Assembly (NCBI GenBank): GCA_964470995.1
Contig: CAYYEP010000003.1
Location: 16,682-80,681 of the forward strand
DNA length: 64,000 nucleotides
Source of the DNA: an uncultured Candidatus Saccharibacteria bacterium
GTDB lineage: Bacteria; Patescibacteriota; Minisyncoccia; Minisyncoccales; UBA5738
Direction: 5' to 3'
Positions 30,168-40,676 of the stretch are shown here, piece by piece. The notes under the pieces were generated by a model. The model did no database searches and was not told the DNA's origin. It saw only the letters and a program-made list of their open reading frames with translations. Numbering within the stretch: position 1 is the first letter of the stretch; every line of letters begins with the position of its first letter. The position numbers and the translations under genes are program-made.

Positions 30168-30215
30168 AATCTGGTGAAAATATTGTAATCTGACTGATTA
30201 ACCAAACATTACATT

Positions 30216-31229
30216 ATGGCAAATAAAAAAGTGCTTGTAACGGGAGGGGCTGGTTATGTTGGAAATGTAGTTGTTAGAGATTTATTATCGCATGGTTACG
30301 ATGTACGAGTTCTCGATAACCTGATTTTCACAGACGCTTCGCTGCGAGATTTGCGCAATCAGATCGATTTACGCTGGGACGACGTGCGCAAGGTTGGACC
30401 GGAGATTATGGATGGCATTTGGGGCGTTATACATCTGGCCGGAATTTCAACTGAACCAACATCCCAATATAACCCGCGGTTTACCGACCTCTTAAATCAC
30501 ATTGCCACTGAAAAGATTGCTGTATTGGCCAAAACCGCAGGCGTTAAACATTTTGTTTTCGCCTCCTCTTGCTCGGTTTATTTTACCTATGACACGACGC
30601 TGGAGCCTAATAATTATACCGAAGCAAATGCAGTCAATCCGATTTCTCCATATTCTTTGTCTAAAAGAGCTGCCGAGCAGGCAATTCTGGAACTGGCTGA
30701 TGAAAATTTTCAACCGGTAATCTTCCGTAAGGGCACAATCTATGGATTGTCGCCGCGTATGCGTTACGACTTGGTAGTAAACTCGTTCACCAAGGATGCG
30801 TTTTCCAAGCGCCGTCTTACGGTTAATTCCGGGGGGCGGCTATGGCGGCCCTTAGCGGATATCCGTGATGTTTCGGCGGCTTATGTTAAGGCATTGGAAC
30901 TGCCGTTGGAATCTATAGGTGGGAAAATCTTCAATATTTGCAATGAAAATTGGAATATCGGAGAATTGGCCAAAAGAATGCAAGCAGTTATTAAAGAAAA
31001 GAAAAATATAGATATCGATATCGATACACAGGAAATTGGTATTACGCGGAACTATAAGGCCGACAATACGTTATTTGTAAAAAAATTCAATTACAAACCG
31101 GTGCGCACTATGGAAGACGCAGTTATGGAAATATGGGATAATTTGGAAAAAAATCCGCAAGACGCGGTAAATCCGCTATTTTACAACGACAAATGGCAAA
31201 TTCATCTGTTGGAGAGGAAGCAGATGTAA
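30216..31229 (+). CDS. NAD-dependent nucleotide-sugar epimerase/dehydratase
   Basis: TGGAGYVG, ASSCSVY, YSLSK. Confidence 0.88.
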   Translation: MANKKVLVTGGAGYVGNVVVRDLLSHGYDVRVLDNLIFTDASLRDLRNQIDLRWDDVRKVGPEIMDGIWGVIHLAGISTEPTSQYNPRFTDLLNHIATEKIAVLAKTAGVKHFVFASSCSVYFTYDTTLEPNNYTEANAVNPISPYSLSKRAAEQAILELADENFQPVIFRKGTIYGLSPRMRYDLVVNSFTKDAFSKRRLTVNSGGRLWRPLADIRDVSAAYVKALELPLESIGGKIFNICNENWNIGELAKRMQAVIKEKKNIDIDIDTQEIGITRNYKADNTLFVKKFNYKPVRTMEDAVMEIWDNLEKNPQDAVNPLFYNDKWQIHLLERKQM

Positions 31230-31237
31230 TAGAAACG

Positions 31238-32593
31238 ATGATAAACAAAAAAATACTTATTGTTGGCGCTGATGGGCAACTTGGTTCAGATCTGGTTAAA
31301 TCATTAATTTGCAGCGAACTCCTGAAACCCTCATTAGAGGAGTTTGATGTCGCGAATTTTAGACAAGTAGCAGATTATATTAAAAACAATAAGCCAGATA
31401 TTGTGATTAATACCGCAGCATTTCACCAAGTTGATGACTGCGAAAAAAACCCTGCCAGAAGTTTTTTGCTTAATACTGATGCGGTTAAAAATTTAGTAAT
31501 TGTATGCAAGGAAACCGGAGTTACTTTGGTGCACATTAGTACCGATTATGTTTTTGGTTTGGATGAAAAAAGAAATAAACCCTACTCCGAGGATGATATT
31601 CCCGAACCGGTGAATGTTTACGGTGTTTCCAAGTTAGCCGGTGAGAATTTTATTCGTTACGGTATGGAGAAATATTTCATTATCCGTCCAGCTGGGCTTT
31701 TTGGGGTCGCGGGAGCCAAAGGCAAGGGGGGGAATTTTGTTGAAACGATGCTAAGGTTAGGCCGTGAGAAAGGCCTGGTCAAAGTTAAGAATGATGAATT
31801 TACTACGCCTACTTCAACCCGGGAGTTGGCCGAAAATATCGCTGCCTTAATAAAAACCGATAAATATGGCTTGTTCCATATGACTTCGCAGGGCCAATGT
31901 TCATGGTTTGATTTTGCAAAAAAGATATTCGAGCTGACAAACGAAAAAGTTGAATGTTTACCGATAAGCTCCTTGGAATTGCCCACATTAGCTCGTCGGC
32001 CAAAATATTCCGTGCTAGAAAACAAGCGCCTAAAGGAAATAGGCTTGGATTTAATGAGCGATTGGGAGACGGCTCTAAAGAAATATCTAGAAGATAAAGG
32101 TTATATAAGTAAAACTAACAATAATAATATGGCAGAAACAAAAAAAACAAAGATTGACGGTTTGGATGTTGCGAGTTTAAATGTTAATTTTGATGATCGC
32201 GGTTATCTTTTTGAAATTGTACATAATTATGATATACCCAAGTTTGGCCAAGTTTACATCGTTGGTGATCCTGTGCGCGGATTGATTCGCGCGTTTCACA
32301 AGCACGATGTATTATGGGATTACTTTTGTATTGTAAAGGGTTCAGCCAAATTCGTATTTTCCGATGACCGCAAGGACAGCAAGACTTACAAACAAATCGA
32401 AACGCTCGTGATTTCCGAAAAAACACCTAAAATGATTATAGTGCCGCCGGGGGTTTATCATGGTTGGATGTCGTTAGAGGATGATACTATTATGGTTTCG
32501 ACCGGGTCGGAAGTATACAACAAAGAAAAACCAGACGAGTACCGGATTTCGCCCGATACATTCGGTGATGTTTGGACTATCAAGGGAAAGTAG
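31238..32593 (+). CDS. rmlD: Fused dTDP-4-dehydrorhamnose reductase (RmlD) and 3,5-epimerase-like cupin (RmlC)
   Basis: GADGQLG, HISTDYVF, YGVSKLAGE, RPKYSVL; then DDRGYLFE, RAFHKH, VPPGVYHG from internal ATG 32129. Confidence 0.85.
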   Translation: MINKKILIVGADGQLGSDLVKSLICSELLKPSLEEFDVANFRQVADYIKNNKPDIVINTAAFHQVDDCEKNPARSFLLNTDAVKNLVIVCKETGVTLVHISTDYVFGLDEKRNKPYSEDDIPEPVNVYGVSKLAGENFIRYGMEKYFIIRPAGLFGVAGAKGKGGNFVETMLRLGREKGLVKVKNDEFTTPTSTRELAENIAALIKTDKYGLFHMTSQGQCSWFDFAKKIFELTNEKVECLPISSLELPTLARRPKYSVLENKRLKEIGLDLMSDWETALKKYLEDKGYISKTNNNNMAETKKTKIDGLDVASLNVNFDDRGYLFEIVHNYDIPKFGQVYIVGDPVRGLIRAFHKHDVLWDYFCIVKGSAKFVFSDDRKDSKTYKQIETLVISEKTPKMIIVPPGVYHGWMSLEDDTIMVSTGSEVYNKEKPDEYRISPDTFGDVWTIKGK

Positions 32594-32914
32594 TAAAATT
32601 TGTCAAAATCTAAACGGCGAAATTGCTTAGCGTCATCCTTCCGTTTAAACGAATAATCGACCCCAGAAATTAACGCGGCCAAGCTCAAGTCGGGTTGCTT
32701 TCACGGCGGTTATTGCCGCAACAGAATGATAGAATGGTTTTTTGCGTTTGGCGACGCGACGGAAATAGTTTTGAAAGACATAAAAACCAAATAAGGGTGG
32801 GTGATTCTCGTTTCGCCGGAAAAACCCGCAAAGAATAACGATTTATCCCGGCATCGCGGGCACCGTTATTAATGAGTAAGCCCCAAACGAGTACTTGTTT
32901 TCGGGAGTAAATGT

Positions 32915-34246
32915 ATGAAAGCTATTATCAAAAAAGAGCATCTGGCGCCAAAATTTTGGACGGGTATGTTCTTTGGCAGCCCGACAAGGAAAAGGCTTTC
33001 GGGGAATTTTTTTTCACTCTCAATCCTGCAGGCGGCTAATTATATATTGCCGCTGTTAACGTTGCCTTATTTGGTTAGGGTTTTAGGGCCGTCAAATTAC
33101 GGTCTTGTTGCTTTTATTCAGGCATTTATCAATTATTTCCTGATATTCACGGATTATGGGTTCAATCTTTCGGCAACTAGGGCGATTTCAGTGGAAAGAA
33201 ACAATAAAATCAGGGTATCGGAAATTTTTTCATCGGTCATTGTGATTAAATCTTTGTTTTGCCTCATCAGTTTCGCCGTTCTCATTTTATTGTTGTTTTT
33301 AGTGCCAAGGTTCCATGACGACTGGATTGTCTATATCTATGCGTTCGGAACGGTTGTGGGCAGCGTGATGTTTCCGGTTTGGTTTTTCCAGGGGATGGAA
33401 AAAATGAAATATATCACATTGATCAATGTTGTCTCAAAACTGATTTTTACGGTTTGCGTATTTGTTGTTGTCACAAATGCCAATGATTATCCTCTCGTTC
33501 CGCTAATAAACTCGCTAGGCTATCTGGTTGCCGGTATCATTAGCGTAGTGTTAGTATTCCGGAATTTTGGTGTGAAATTCAAGCTGCCAAGCATTAATGC
33601 TCTCAGATATCAAATAAAAGACAGCTGGTATTTTTTCGCGTCTAATGTTTCGATTAGCCTTGTTTCCGGAAGCAATGCTTTTCTTCTGGGTTTGTTCTCT
33701 CCCGATGTGTTTGTCGGTTATTACAGTGCCGCGGAAAAAGTGGTCAAGGGATTGCTGTGTTTTGTCTCTCCGATAAGCGGCACATTGTTCCCTTTTATCA
33801 GTCAATTGGTAAAAAAGTCAAAGAAAGAATCAATAGATCTGTTAAAAAAAATCCTGCGGTTCAATATGGTGCTGGGCGGAGCAATTTCTTTGGCGCTGTT
33901 TGTCTTTTGCCCTCTTATCGTTAATATTGTTTTCGGATCGGAATTTTCCGGGTCGATTATAGTTCTTAAAATATTGTCGGCGATTATTTTTTTGCTGGTT
34001 ACCAACGATATCGCCGGAATGCAGACAATGATACCCTTCGGTTACGAAAAATCCTTTTCAAATATCATCTTAATGGGTAGTATTATAAATATTCTATTGG
34101 TCGTGGCGTTGTCTCCGATTTTTAACCACGTCGGAGCGGCTATAGGCTGGTTGGTAAGTGAAATAGCAATTACCGCTTCCATGTTTGTTTTTTTGAAGAA
34201 AAAGGGTATAGATTACTTGTCTTTTAATTTTACTAAAAAACTATGA
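32915..34246 (+). CDS. wzx: Wzx flippase
   Basis: ANYILPLLTLPYLVRVLG, DYGFNLSATR, WFFQGMEKM. Confidence 0.88.
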   Translation: MKAIIKKEHLAPKFWTGMFFGSPTRKRLSGNFFSLSILQAANYILPLLTLPYLVRVLGPSNYGLVAFIQAFINYFLIFTDYGFNLSATRAISVERNNKIRVSEIFSSVIVIKSLFCLISFAVLILLLFLVPRFHDDWIVYIYAFGTVVGSVMFPVWFFQGMEKMKYITLINVVSKLIFTVCVFVVVTNANDYPLVPLINSLGYLVAGIISVVLVFRNFGVKFKLPSINALRYQIKDSWYFFASNVSISLVSGSNAFLLGLFSPDVFVGYYSAAEKVVKGLLCFVSPISGTLFPFISQLVKKSKKESIDLLKKILRFNMVLGGAISLALFVFCPLIVNIVFGSEFSGSIIVLKILSAIIFLLVTNDIAGMQTMIPFGYEKSFSNIILMGSIINILLVVALSPIFNHVGAAIGWLVSEIAITASMFVFLKKKGIDYLSFNFTKKL

Positions 34247-35349
34247 GGATCGTTTTTGATCTTGACGGTGTAATTTGTCCGTTAAAGGAGCCGGACCAAA
34301 AGTATGCGGACTTGGCACCGAACCCAGGTGTCGTAAAGATAATAAGGGACCTAAAAGTTGGCGGCCATTACATTATTATCAACACGGCGCGGCATATGAG
34401 GACTTGCGGCGGCGACGTGGAGAAAGTTATTGCAAAGATAGGGGGCGCAACAACAGAATGGCTTAAACGGCACGATGTGCCGTTTGATGAATTGCTTTTT
34501 GGCAAACCTTATGCGGACATATACATTGACGATATGAACGTTGTTTATTCTACGCCGGAAAGATTAAAAAACGATATAAGATCGCTGATGCCTAATTTTG
34601 TGATCCCAATGGCGGGGAAGGGAGAAAGATTTGCGAAGGCTGGATACAAAACCCCGAAATATATGGTTAAAGCCGGGCCGGAAAGCTTGTTTGAATGGGC
34701 GTTAAAAGGCATACCCTTGGACCTTGCGAATAAATTGGTGTTTATATGTCTGCAAGAGCACGAGGCGAAATACGGCGTGTCCAAATTTATAAAAAAAGCG
34801 ATAAGCACCCATTATCATTTCTTAAATGATAAATACGAGATTATTTTCATTAAAAAATTGACTCGGGGACAGGCGGAAACCGTCTTGGCGGCAAAAAAAC
34901 ATATCAACAATTCCACCCCGTTGGTGATTTATAATATAGATAGCTATTTTCGTTCATCGAGATTGAGGCAGCGGTTGATAAGCGCGAGAAATCAGAAAAT
35001 TGACGGGATATGGGGGGGATTTAACGGCAGCGATCCAAAATTGAGTTTTGCGAAAATAAACAAAAAGGGGTTTGTAACCCGTACAGCCGAAAAAAAGCCG
35101 ATCTCCAATATCGCTTCAACCGGACTGTACATTTTTACTGAAGGAAAAGATTTTGTTGGTGCGGCCGAATACGCGATAAAAAATAACATAAAAACTAACG
35201 GCGAATTCTATATTGCGCCTCTTTATAATATCCTTATAAAGCAAAAGAAAAAATATATTATTGATACCGCCGAAGAGTTCTGGTCTTTAGGGACTCCGGA
35301 AGATATGGATTGCTTCGCTAAAAATTATTTGAAAGAGGGCGAAAAATAA
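34243..35349 (+). CDS. HAD phosphatase (BcbF-like) fused to a nucleotidyltransferase
   Basis: FDLDGVI, TARHM, GKP..YIDD; then IPMAGKGERF, TRGQAETV, AEKKPIS, LGTPED. Confidence 0.8.
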   Translation: MRIVFDLDGVICPLKEPDQKYADLAPNPGVVKIIRDLKVGGHYIIINTARHMRTCGGDVEKVIAKIGGATTEWLKRHDVPFDELLFGKPYADIYIDDMNVVYSTPERLKNDIRSLMPNFVIPMAGKGERFAKAGYKTPKYMVKAGPESLFEWALKGIPLDLANKLVFICLQEHEAKYGVSKFIKKAISTHYHFLNDKYEIIFIKKLTRGQAETVLAAKKHINNSTPLVIYNIDSYFRSSRLRQRLISARNQKIDGIWGGFNGSDPKLSFAKINKKGFVTRTAEKKPISNIASTGLYIFTEGKDFVGAAEYAIKNNIKTNGEFYIAPLYNILIKQKKKYIIDTAEEFWSLGTPEDMDCFAKNYLKEGEK

Positions 35350-35399
35350 CCGGCCGGCGCCGGTTGCAAATATCGAGCTAACTGGCCGCCGATATCCTT

Positions 35400-37058
35400 A
35401 TGCAAAAAGATACAACAATAATGATTCTGACGGGCAGCAAAATTTCCAGTGAATTGGCTTCCGTCTTTGGCGAATTGCCGTCCGCCCTGGTGCCGGTCAA
35501 TAACCGGCCGGCTATTTTTTGGACTCTTGAAAGATTTATCAACGACGGTTTTGATAAATTCGTTATCTGTGTCGGTTATAAAAAGGAAAAAATAGAATAC
35601 TTTGTTAAGAGTAATTTTGGGAAAAGGGCAACCATCGAATTCGTTGATGTTGACCAAACAAAAAAACCGGGTAATTCATTTATTAAAGGCCTTGAATCTG
35701 TGGATTCGGGGAGGCTATTGGTCACGCTGGGTGATACGCTTATTTACGATAAATTAAATTTAAAATATTGCAATGATTCTATCCTTGTCTCCGGGGATTT
35801 TAAGCGGGAAGAATCTTATCGGTGGGCGCTAGCCCACGAAGAAGGAGGGTTTCTGAAAAATATTTTCGATAAAGTAAAAGTTATTGATCCGAAAATAAAC
35901 GGTAAAAATTTAAGTTTGATTATTGGCGTGTATTTTTTTACCGATACCTTGTTGCTCAAGAAAATTGCCCGGAAAATTTCCGAAAAGAATAATATTGAAA
36001 TCAGCGAGATATTGGATAAATATAATGACAGAAAACCGATAAAATTGATTGATTACAAGCACTGGTTTGATTTCGGCCATTTGGATAAATATTATCCGTC
36101 TGCGAAGAAATTCATCCAGTATCAATCGCGGTATTTCAATTTTTTGGAATACGACGATGTTTTAAACATAATCACTAAAAAAAGTAAGGACAAAACAAAA
36201 TTCAACAACGAAATAAAATGGTATCTTTCTCTTCCGCAAGATCTGCAGGTTTTGGCGCCGCGGGTAATCGATTTCGCGGTGGGCGATAAACCTTTCCTGA
36301 CCCTGGAGTATTACGGCTATCCCACTTTGTCGGAGCTTTATGTTTTTGGAGATTTGCATGATTTTGTTTGGCAAAACATTATCGAACGGGTCATGATTAT
36401 CATGAAACTCTTTCATCGGAAGAAAGGATATGTTTCCCAAGATGAATATTTCGATATTTATTGGGGAAAATTGGAAAGCAGAATCATCGGCTTGGTCGAA
36501 ATGAATCCCAAATTCAAGGAAATTTTCCGATACGAAACGGTAATTATCAATAAAAAAGAATACATAAACTTCGACGGCCTCAAGGAAAAAATAATTTCCA
36601 GGATAAAGGGCCTGTATTCAAAAGATGACAATTGCCTTATCCATGGGGACTTTTGCTTTTCCAATATCCTTTACGATACCAAAAATGGGATTGTAAGAAT
36701 TATCGATCCCCGGGGCGTATGGGGAAATAGCTGCTTTGGCGATATAAAATATGACGTGGCGAAACTAAGGCATTCCATCACTGGCCAATATGATTTCATC
36801 ACCAATAATTTGTTTAATGCCCGATTGGAAGGAAATAGTATAGATTACCAAATTTTTGACCAGGAAAAACACCTTTTTTTGTCCAAATATTTCGATTCAA
36901 AAATCGGCAAGTATTGGGACCCGGAACAGATCAAATTCATAGAGGGTCTGCTTTTTCTCTCTATGCTTCCCATACATAATGATTATTTCGAACGCCAGTT
37001 GGTGATGTATTCGATCGGGATGCAGAGGTTGAACGAGGCAATAAATAAGAGCAGGTGA
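35400..37058 (+). CDS. NTP-transferase-like domain fused to an APH/choline-kinase-like domain (BcbE-like)
   Basis: LPSALVPVN; WFDFGH; SRYFN; IHGDFCFSNIL; IDPRG; YDVAKLRHS. Confidence 0.75.
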   Translation: MQKDTTIMILTGSKISSELASVFGELPSALVPVNNRPAIFWTLERFINDGFDKFVICVGYKKEKIEYFVKSNFGKRATIEFVDVDQTKKPGNSFIKGLESVDSGRLLVTLGDTLIYDKLNLKYCNDSILVSGDFKREESYRWALAHEEGGFLKNIFDKVKVIDPKINGKNLSLIIGVYFFTDTLLLKKIARKISEKNNIEISEILDKYNDRKPIKLIDYKHWFDFGHLDKYYPSAKKFIQYQSRYFNFLEYDDVLNIITKKSKDKTKFNNEIKWYLSLPQDLQVLAPRVIDFAVGDKPFLTLEYYGYPTLSELYVFGDLHDFVWQNIIERVMIIMKLFHRKKGYVSQDEYFDIYWGKLESRIIGLVEMNPKFKEIFRYETVIINKKEYINFDGLKEKIISRIKGLYSKDDNCLIHGDFCFSNILYDTKNGIVRIIDPRGVWGNSCFGDIKYDVAKLRHSITGQYDFITNNLFNARLEGNSIDYQIFDQEKHLFLSKYFDSKIGKYWDPEQIKFIEGLLFLSMLPIHNDYFERQLVMYSIGMQRLNEAINKSR

Positions 37059-37060
37059 AT

Positions 37061-38143
37061 ATGAGAAACATAGTTCTGACAATTGCCATTCCCAATTATA
37101 ATGGAGCGGAAAACATTATAAGGGCCATTACGTCATGCCAGCACGTTGGTTTAGGGACTGATGAATTCGAGATTCTGGTGGTGGACAATGCGTCCGAAGA
37201 TAAATCGGTAGATATAGTGGAATCTTTAGAAAAGAAATTTAACAATATAAAATTGGTCGTTAATAAGGCGAATATCGGAAGGATAGGCAACTGGAACCGG
37301 TGTTTGGATTTGGCGCGGGGGGAATATATAATGTTCTTGTTTCCCACGGAAGAGATTTTCAAGACGAACAATATTGCCGCGTCTATTGATAAAATGCGGG
37401 AAACGGGGATCATTCTTGCTAAATCGGATGTTGTTTGCCGTGGTGGGTTGGGCTATGCCTGTATTAAGGGAAAAAGGGCAGGCTTCAAGAGGAAAAATTT
37501 TAAACACACATTGAGGAATGCGATGATTTTATCAGGATCTTTGCCGTTCGGGCCATTGCAATCTTTTATTATTAAGCTTGGTTTTATTAAAGAAAATAAT
37601 ATTAGATTCGACAAAAAGTATAATATTGTCGGCGATCAGGACTTCATAATTGGCATAGGCGATAAAAACGCCGCAAACGCGGGAGGAGCCGACTATTTGT
37701 TGACCGAAAACACAAACATTATTTTTGACGATAATTTCGGAAATAGAACGCACAACCGGCTGTCGATATATTCAAGATTAAATGAAAGCCTGGATTTGAT
37801 CGTCGAAAGGGGATACTATCGCTTTATTGGTTTTGGTTTCGACGATATTGTGTGTTTTGTCTTGGCGCAGTTGCGTTTGGTGGACAAAATTTTCGGAAAC
37901 AGGAGAGAGCGTTGCGGAACGGAAATATATGAAAAAGATAAGACAAATTTTTATAAAAAATATCATCACGGCGGAAACAGGGTATTATTGGTGTTCCTTC
38001 TGACAAGCTGGGTTAAAATTCTGATGAAAATCGTTAATGTTGCGAAAAACTTAACGAAATTTGACATCGTATGCATAATGGGGGAATTAGCGGCTGATTT
38101 AAGCGCGCGCCGCAAAACAAAAAAAGATCGTTCTGTCGGATAA
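37061..38143 (+). CDS. Glycosyltransferase family 2
   Basis: IPNYNG, VVDNASED, GNWNRCL. Confidence 0.8.
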   Translation: MRNIVLTIAIPNYNGAENIIRAITSCQHVGLGTDEFEILVVDNASEDKSVDIVESLEKKFNNIKLVVNKANIGRIGNWNRCLDLARGEYIMFLFPTEEIFKTNNIAASIDKMRETGIILAKSDVVCRGGLGYACIKGKRAGFKRKNFKHTLRNAMILSGSLPFGPLQSFIIKLGFIKENNIRFDKKYNIVGDQDFIIGIGDKNAANAGGADYLLTENTNIIFDDNFGNRTHNRLSIYSRLNESLDLIVERGYYRFIGFGFDDIVCFVLAQLRLVDKIFGNRRERCGTEIYEKDKTNFYKKYHHGGNRVLLVFLLTSWVKILMKIVNVAKNLTKFDIVCIMGELAADLSARRKTKKDRSVG

Positions 38144-38259
38144 CGTGTTTGTTCAAGCCGGCCAGCGTGTTTATCCGAATCGGCGCGAAAGACGGGAGTG
38201 GCGCTGGTATTTGACGGTCAGCAGCTATTTGTCGGATAACGAGAGAATTAATTTCTAAA

Positions 38260-39528
38260 ATGTCATTTAAAACAATAAATAATTGCTTAATGTATCTGTT
38301 TGTTATCTCTCTTCCTTTTACCGCCTTTTCGGTATTTTCTTTTTGTGGGAAGAGTATTATTTTATCTTGGTTTCTGATTTTTCTGCTCGGTATCGTAAAT
38401 TTTAAAAAAATCATAAGTTCGTTTTATATGCCCCGCGTCGTTTATGTATGGGTTTTGGCGTTGATTTTTTCGATTGCTGCGGTTTTTTTGTTCAATGGGG
38501 CGGTTTTTGGGAAAAATTTTACTCAAATTTTAAACATTATAATAATGCTCCTCCACTTACCGGTTCTTTGGGTGGTTTTTAAGGAGAAAAAATTTGATGA
38601 TGCCAAAAAATTAATAAGCTTATTGGTCGCCGTATCGTTTATTCTGTCATTGTTTACTTTTTATCAATACATCAGCTACTATTTGACTTTTTTGCCGCCG
38701 CTGGATCTCTTTCGTAACGCCAATATATACAATATTTATCGAGGCACTGGAATTGAAGGTTGGTCCGGCACCCATCGGGTTACGGGTACCGCGCCCGAAC
38801 CGGGTTATTGGGCGGCATTCCTCCTGATACCGATGTCCTTTTTGCTGCCGTATTTTTTTCATCCGACTAAATTTTTTCTCAAAAAGATAACATTTTTGGC
38901 GCTTCTAGCCTCCTTCTTTCTGACATTCGGGCGTACCGGATGGGCCGGATTGGCAGTTATAGTTTTGCTTTGCCCTCTGATTCATCGCATACCCGTCAAA
39001 ATAAAATATGCGTATGTAGCGGCTTTGATGTCGGCGTTTATGGTCGCGCTGGTGATTGTAGAAAACGGTTTTTTGTCGCTGGCGTTTACCGATTTGTCAT
39101 ATTTCGAAAGGCTTTCATCGTTAAAATTGGCCTTCGATATTTTTTCCGGTAACCCGTTTTTTGGCATAGGATTCGGAGCTTTTGATCAGGCTGTTCGGGG
39201 CTATGATAATCTCGCGTTTAATCATTTGGTGGTCCACAATTTTTATATTAGATTGCTTGTTGAAACCGGTATTGTCGGTATCGTTGCGTTTCTTGCCTTC
39301 ATATCTTTCATTTGTTTGAAAATTTTCAATTCCCTGAAACTATCAGTCTTGCTCGGGAATCGAGATGAAATCTATTTTGCCGAATCGCTTGGACTTGCGT
39401 TCGCGTCGATAGTGGTCTTTTGGTTTTTTGTTCCCGGCTATAATTTTTCTTATATTTGGTTTATTATTTCATTGATTGCGGCGCTGCCGATTATTTTTAA
39501 AAAGCAAATTAATTTAACCGGACAATGA
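38260..39528 (+). CDS. wzy: Wzy-like polymerase / O-antigen ligase family
   Basis: Multi-TM; TFGRTGW, GIGFGAF, HNFYIRLLVETGIVG. Confidence 0.7.
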   Translation: MSFKTINNCLMYLFVISLPFTAFSVFSFCGKSIILSWFLIFLLGIVNFKKIISSFYMPRVVYVWVLALIFSIAAVFLFNGAVFGKNFTQILNIIIMLLHLPVLWVVFKEKKFDDAKKLISLLVAVSFILSLFTFYQYISYYLTFLPPLDLFRNANIYNIYRGTGIEGWSGTHRVTGTAPEPGYWAAFLLIPMSFLLPYFFHPTKFFLKKITFLALLASFFLTFGRTGWAGLAVIVLLCPLIHRIPVKIKYAYVAALMSAFMVALVIVENGFLSLAFTDLSYFERLSSLKLAFDIFSGNPFFGIGFGAFDQAVRGYDNLAFNHLVVHNFYIRLLVETGIVGIVAFLAFISFICLKIFNSLKLSVLLGNRDEIYFAESLGLAFASIVVFWFFVPGYNFSYIWFIISLIAALPIIFKKQINLTGQ

Positions 39529-40676
39529 AATACATTTTGAGTTTTTACAACCAGGTCGCCGCTGGACCTCGGAACTTGACGGAAACATTTATTTCGGTTT
39601 TGACCGAAAACAAAACAACGGATAACTTTCTTGTTATTCTGCCCGGATTGGATTTTTATAAAAAACTATCTTTGGGGCTGCCTCCAAGAATAAAAGTGAT
39701 ATTTCTGCCTTATTTCCCCGGGTTTAGCAAGCTGATAGCATTATTTATCTATAATTTTTTCATATTTCCGTTGATCGTTTTTATAAAACGGCCCAATGCG
39801 GTGCTTTGCTTCGGCTCTTTAGCGCCCGTTCCTTTTGGCTCGATTCGGAAAATTGTCCTTGCGCATCATCCTTATTTGGTGGATGACGCTCTTCTTGAGA
39901 AGCTGCCACCAATCCAGAAGATTATTGAGAAAATAAAAAGAAATATTTTTCAAATAACTGCCCGGAAAAGCGATCTTATTGTTGTGGAAGGCGCAAATAT
40001 TCGAGAACAAATATGCAAGAAATATCAAATTCCGGAGGATAGGGTTGTTGTTGTCAAAAATCCAATCAACCAGGGACTGTATTCCGCCTATTTGGAAAAT
40101 AAAAACACCAAAGATAACGGGATCAATAAAAAAGATTTCTTTTTTTATCCCAGTAGATATGCATTACACAAAAACCATAGGTTCATTTTTGATTTGGGCA
40201 AAAAATACCATAACGAATTAACGAAAAGTGGGGTTAAATTTTATGTTACAGTAGATGAGGATCTTAATTCTAATGCCAAGGAATATATAAATGCAATAAA
40301 AAATGCCAAATTGGATGAAATTATTATTAATTTGGGCGAATTACCAAACGCAAAACTTTGCGATTATTACCGCGAAAGCTTGGGGTTGTTTTTCCCGTCA
40401 AATTCTGAAACATTTGGTATACCCCTGATAGAAGCAATGGCATTCAAGCTGCCGATAATTGCTCCGGATTTGGCATATGCCCGCGATGTTTGTGGAGAAG
40501 CTGCTTTGTATTATTCCGCAAACAATATCGACGATGCTTTCTCAAAACTAATTATATTAGTCAGCGATCGTGAAGAATGGGGGAGGTGTTCAAGAAAAAG
40601 CGCAGATCAATTTCAAAAATATCCGTCTCCGAAAGAGTGGGTTAAACAATACATCACATTATTAAAAAATGGTTAA
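39525..40676 (+). CDS. Glycosyltransferase family 4
   Basis: HKNH, PSNSETFGIPLIEAM. Confidence 0.85.
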   Translation: MKYILSFYNQVAAGPRNLTETFISVLTENKTTDNFLVILPGLDFYKKLSLGLPPRIKVIFLPYFPGFSKLIALFIYNFFIFPLIVFIKRPNAVLCFGSLAPVPFGSIRKIVLAHHPYLVDDALLEKLPPIQKIIEKIKRNIFQITARKSDLIVVEGANIREQICKKYQIPEDRVVVVKNPINQGLYSAYLENKNTKDNGINKKDFFFYPSRYALHKNHRFIFDLGKKYHNELTKSGVKFYVTVDEDLNSNAKEYINAIKNAKLDEIIINLGELPNAKLCDYYRESLGLFFPSNSETFGIPLIEAMAFKLPIIAPDLAYARDVCGEAALYYSANNIDDAFSKLIILVSDREEWGRCSRKSADQFQKYPSPKEWVKQYITLLKNG

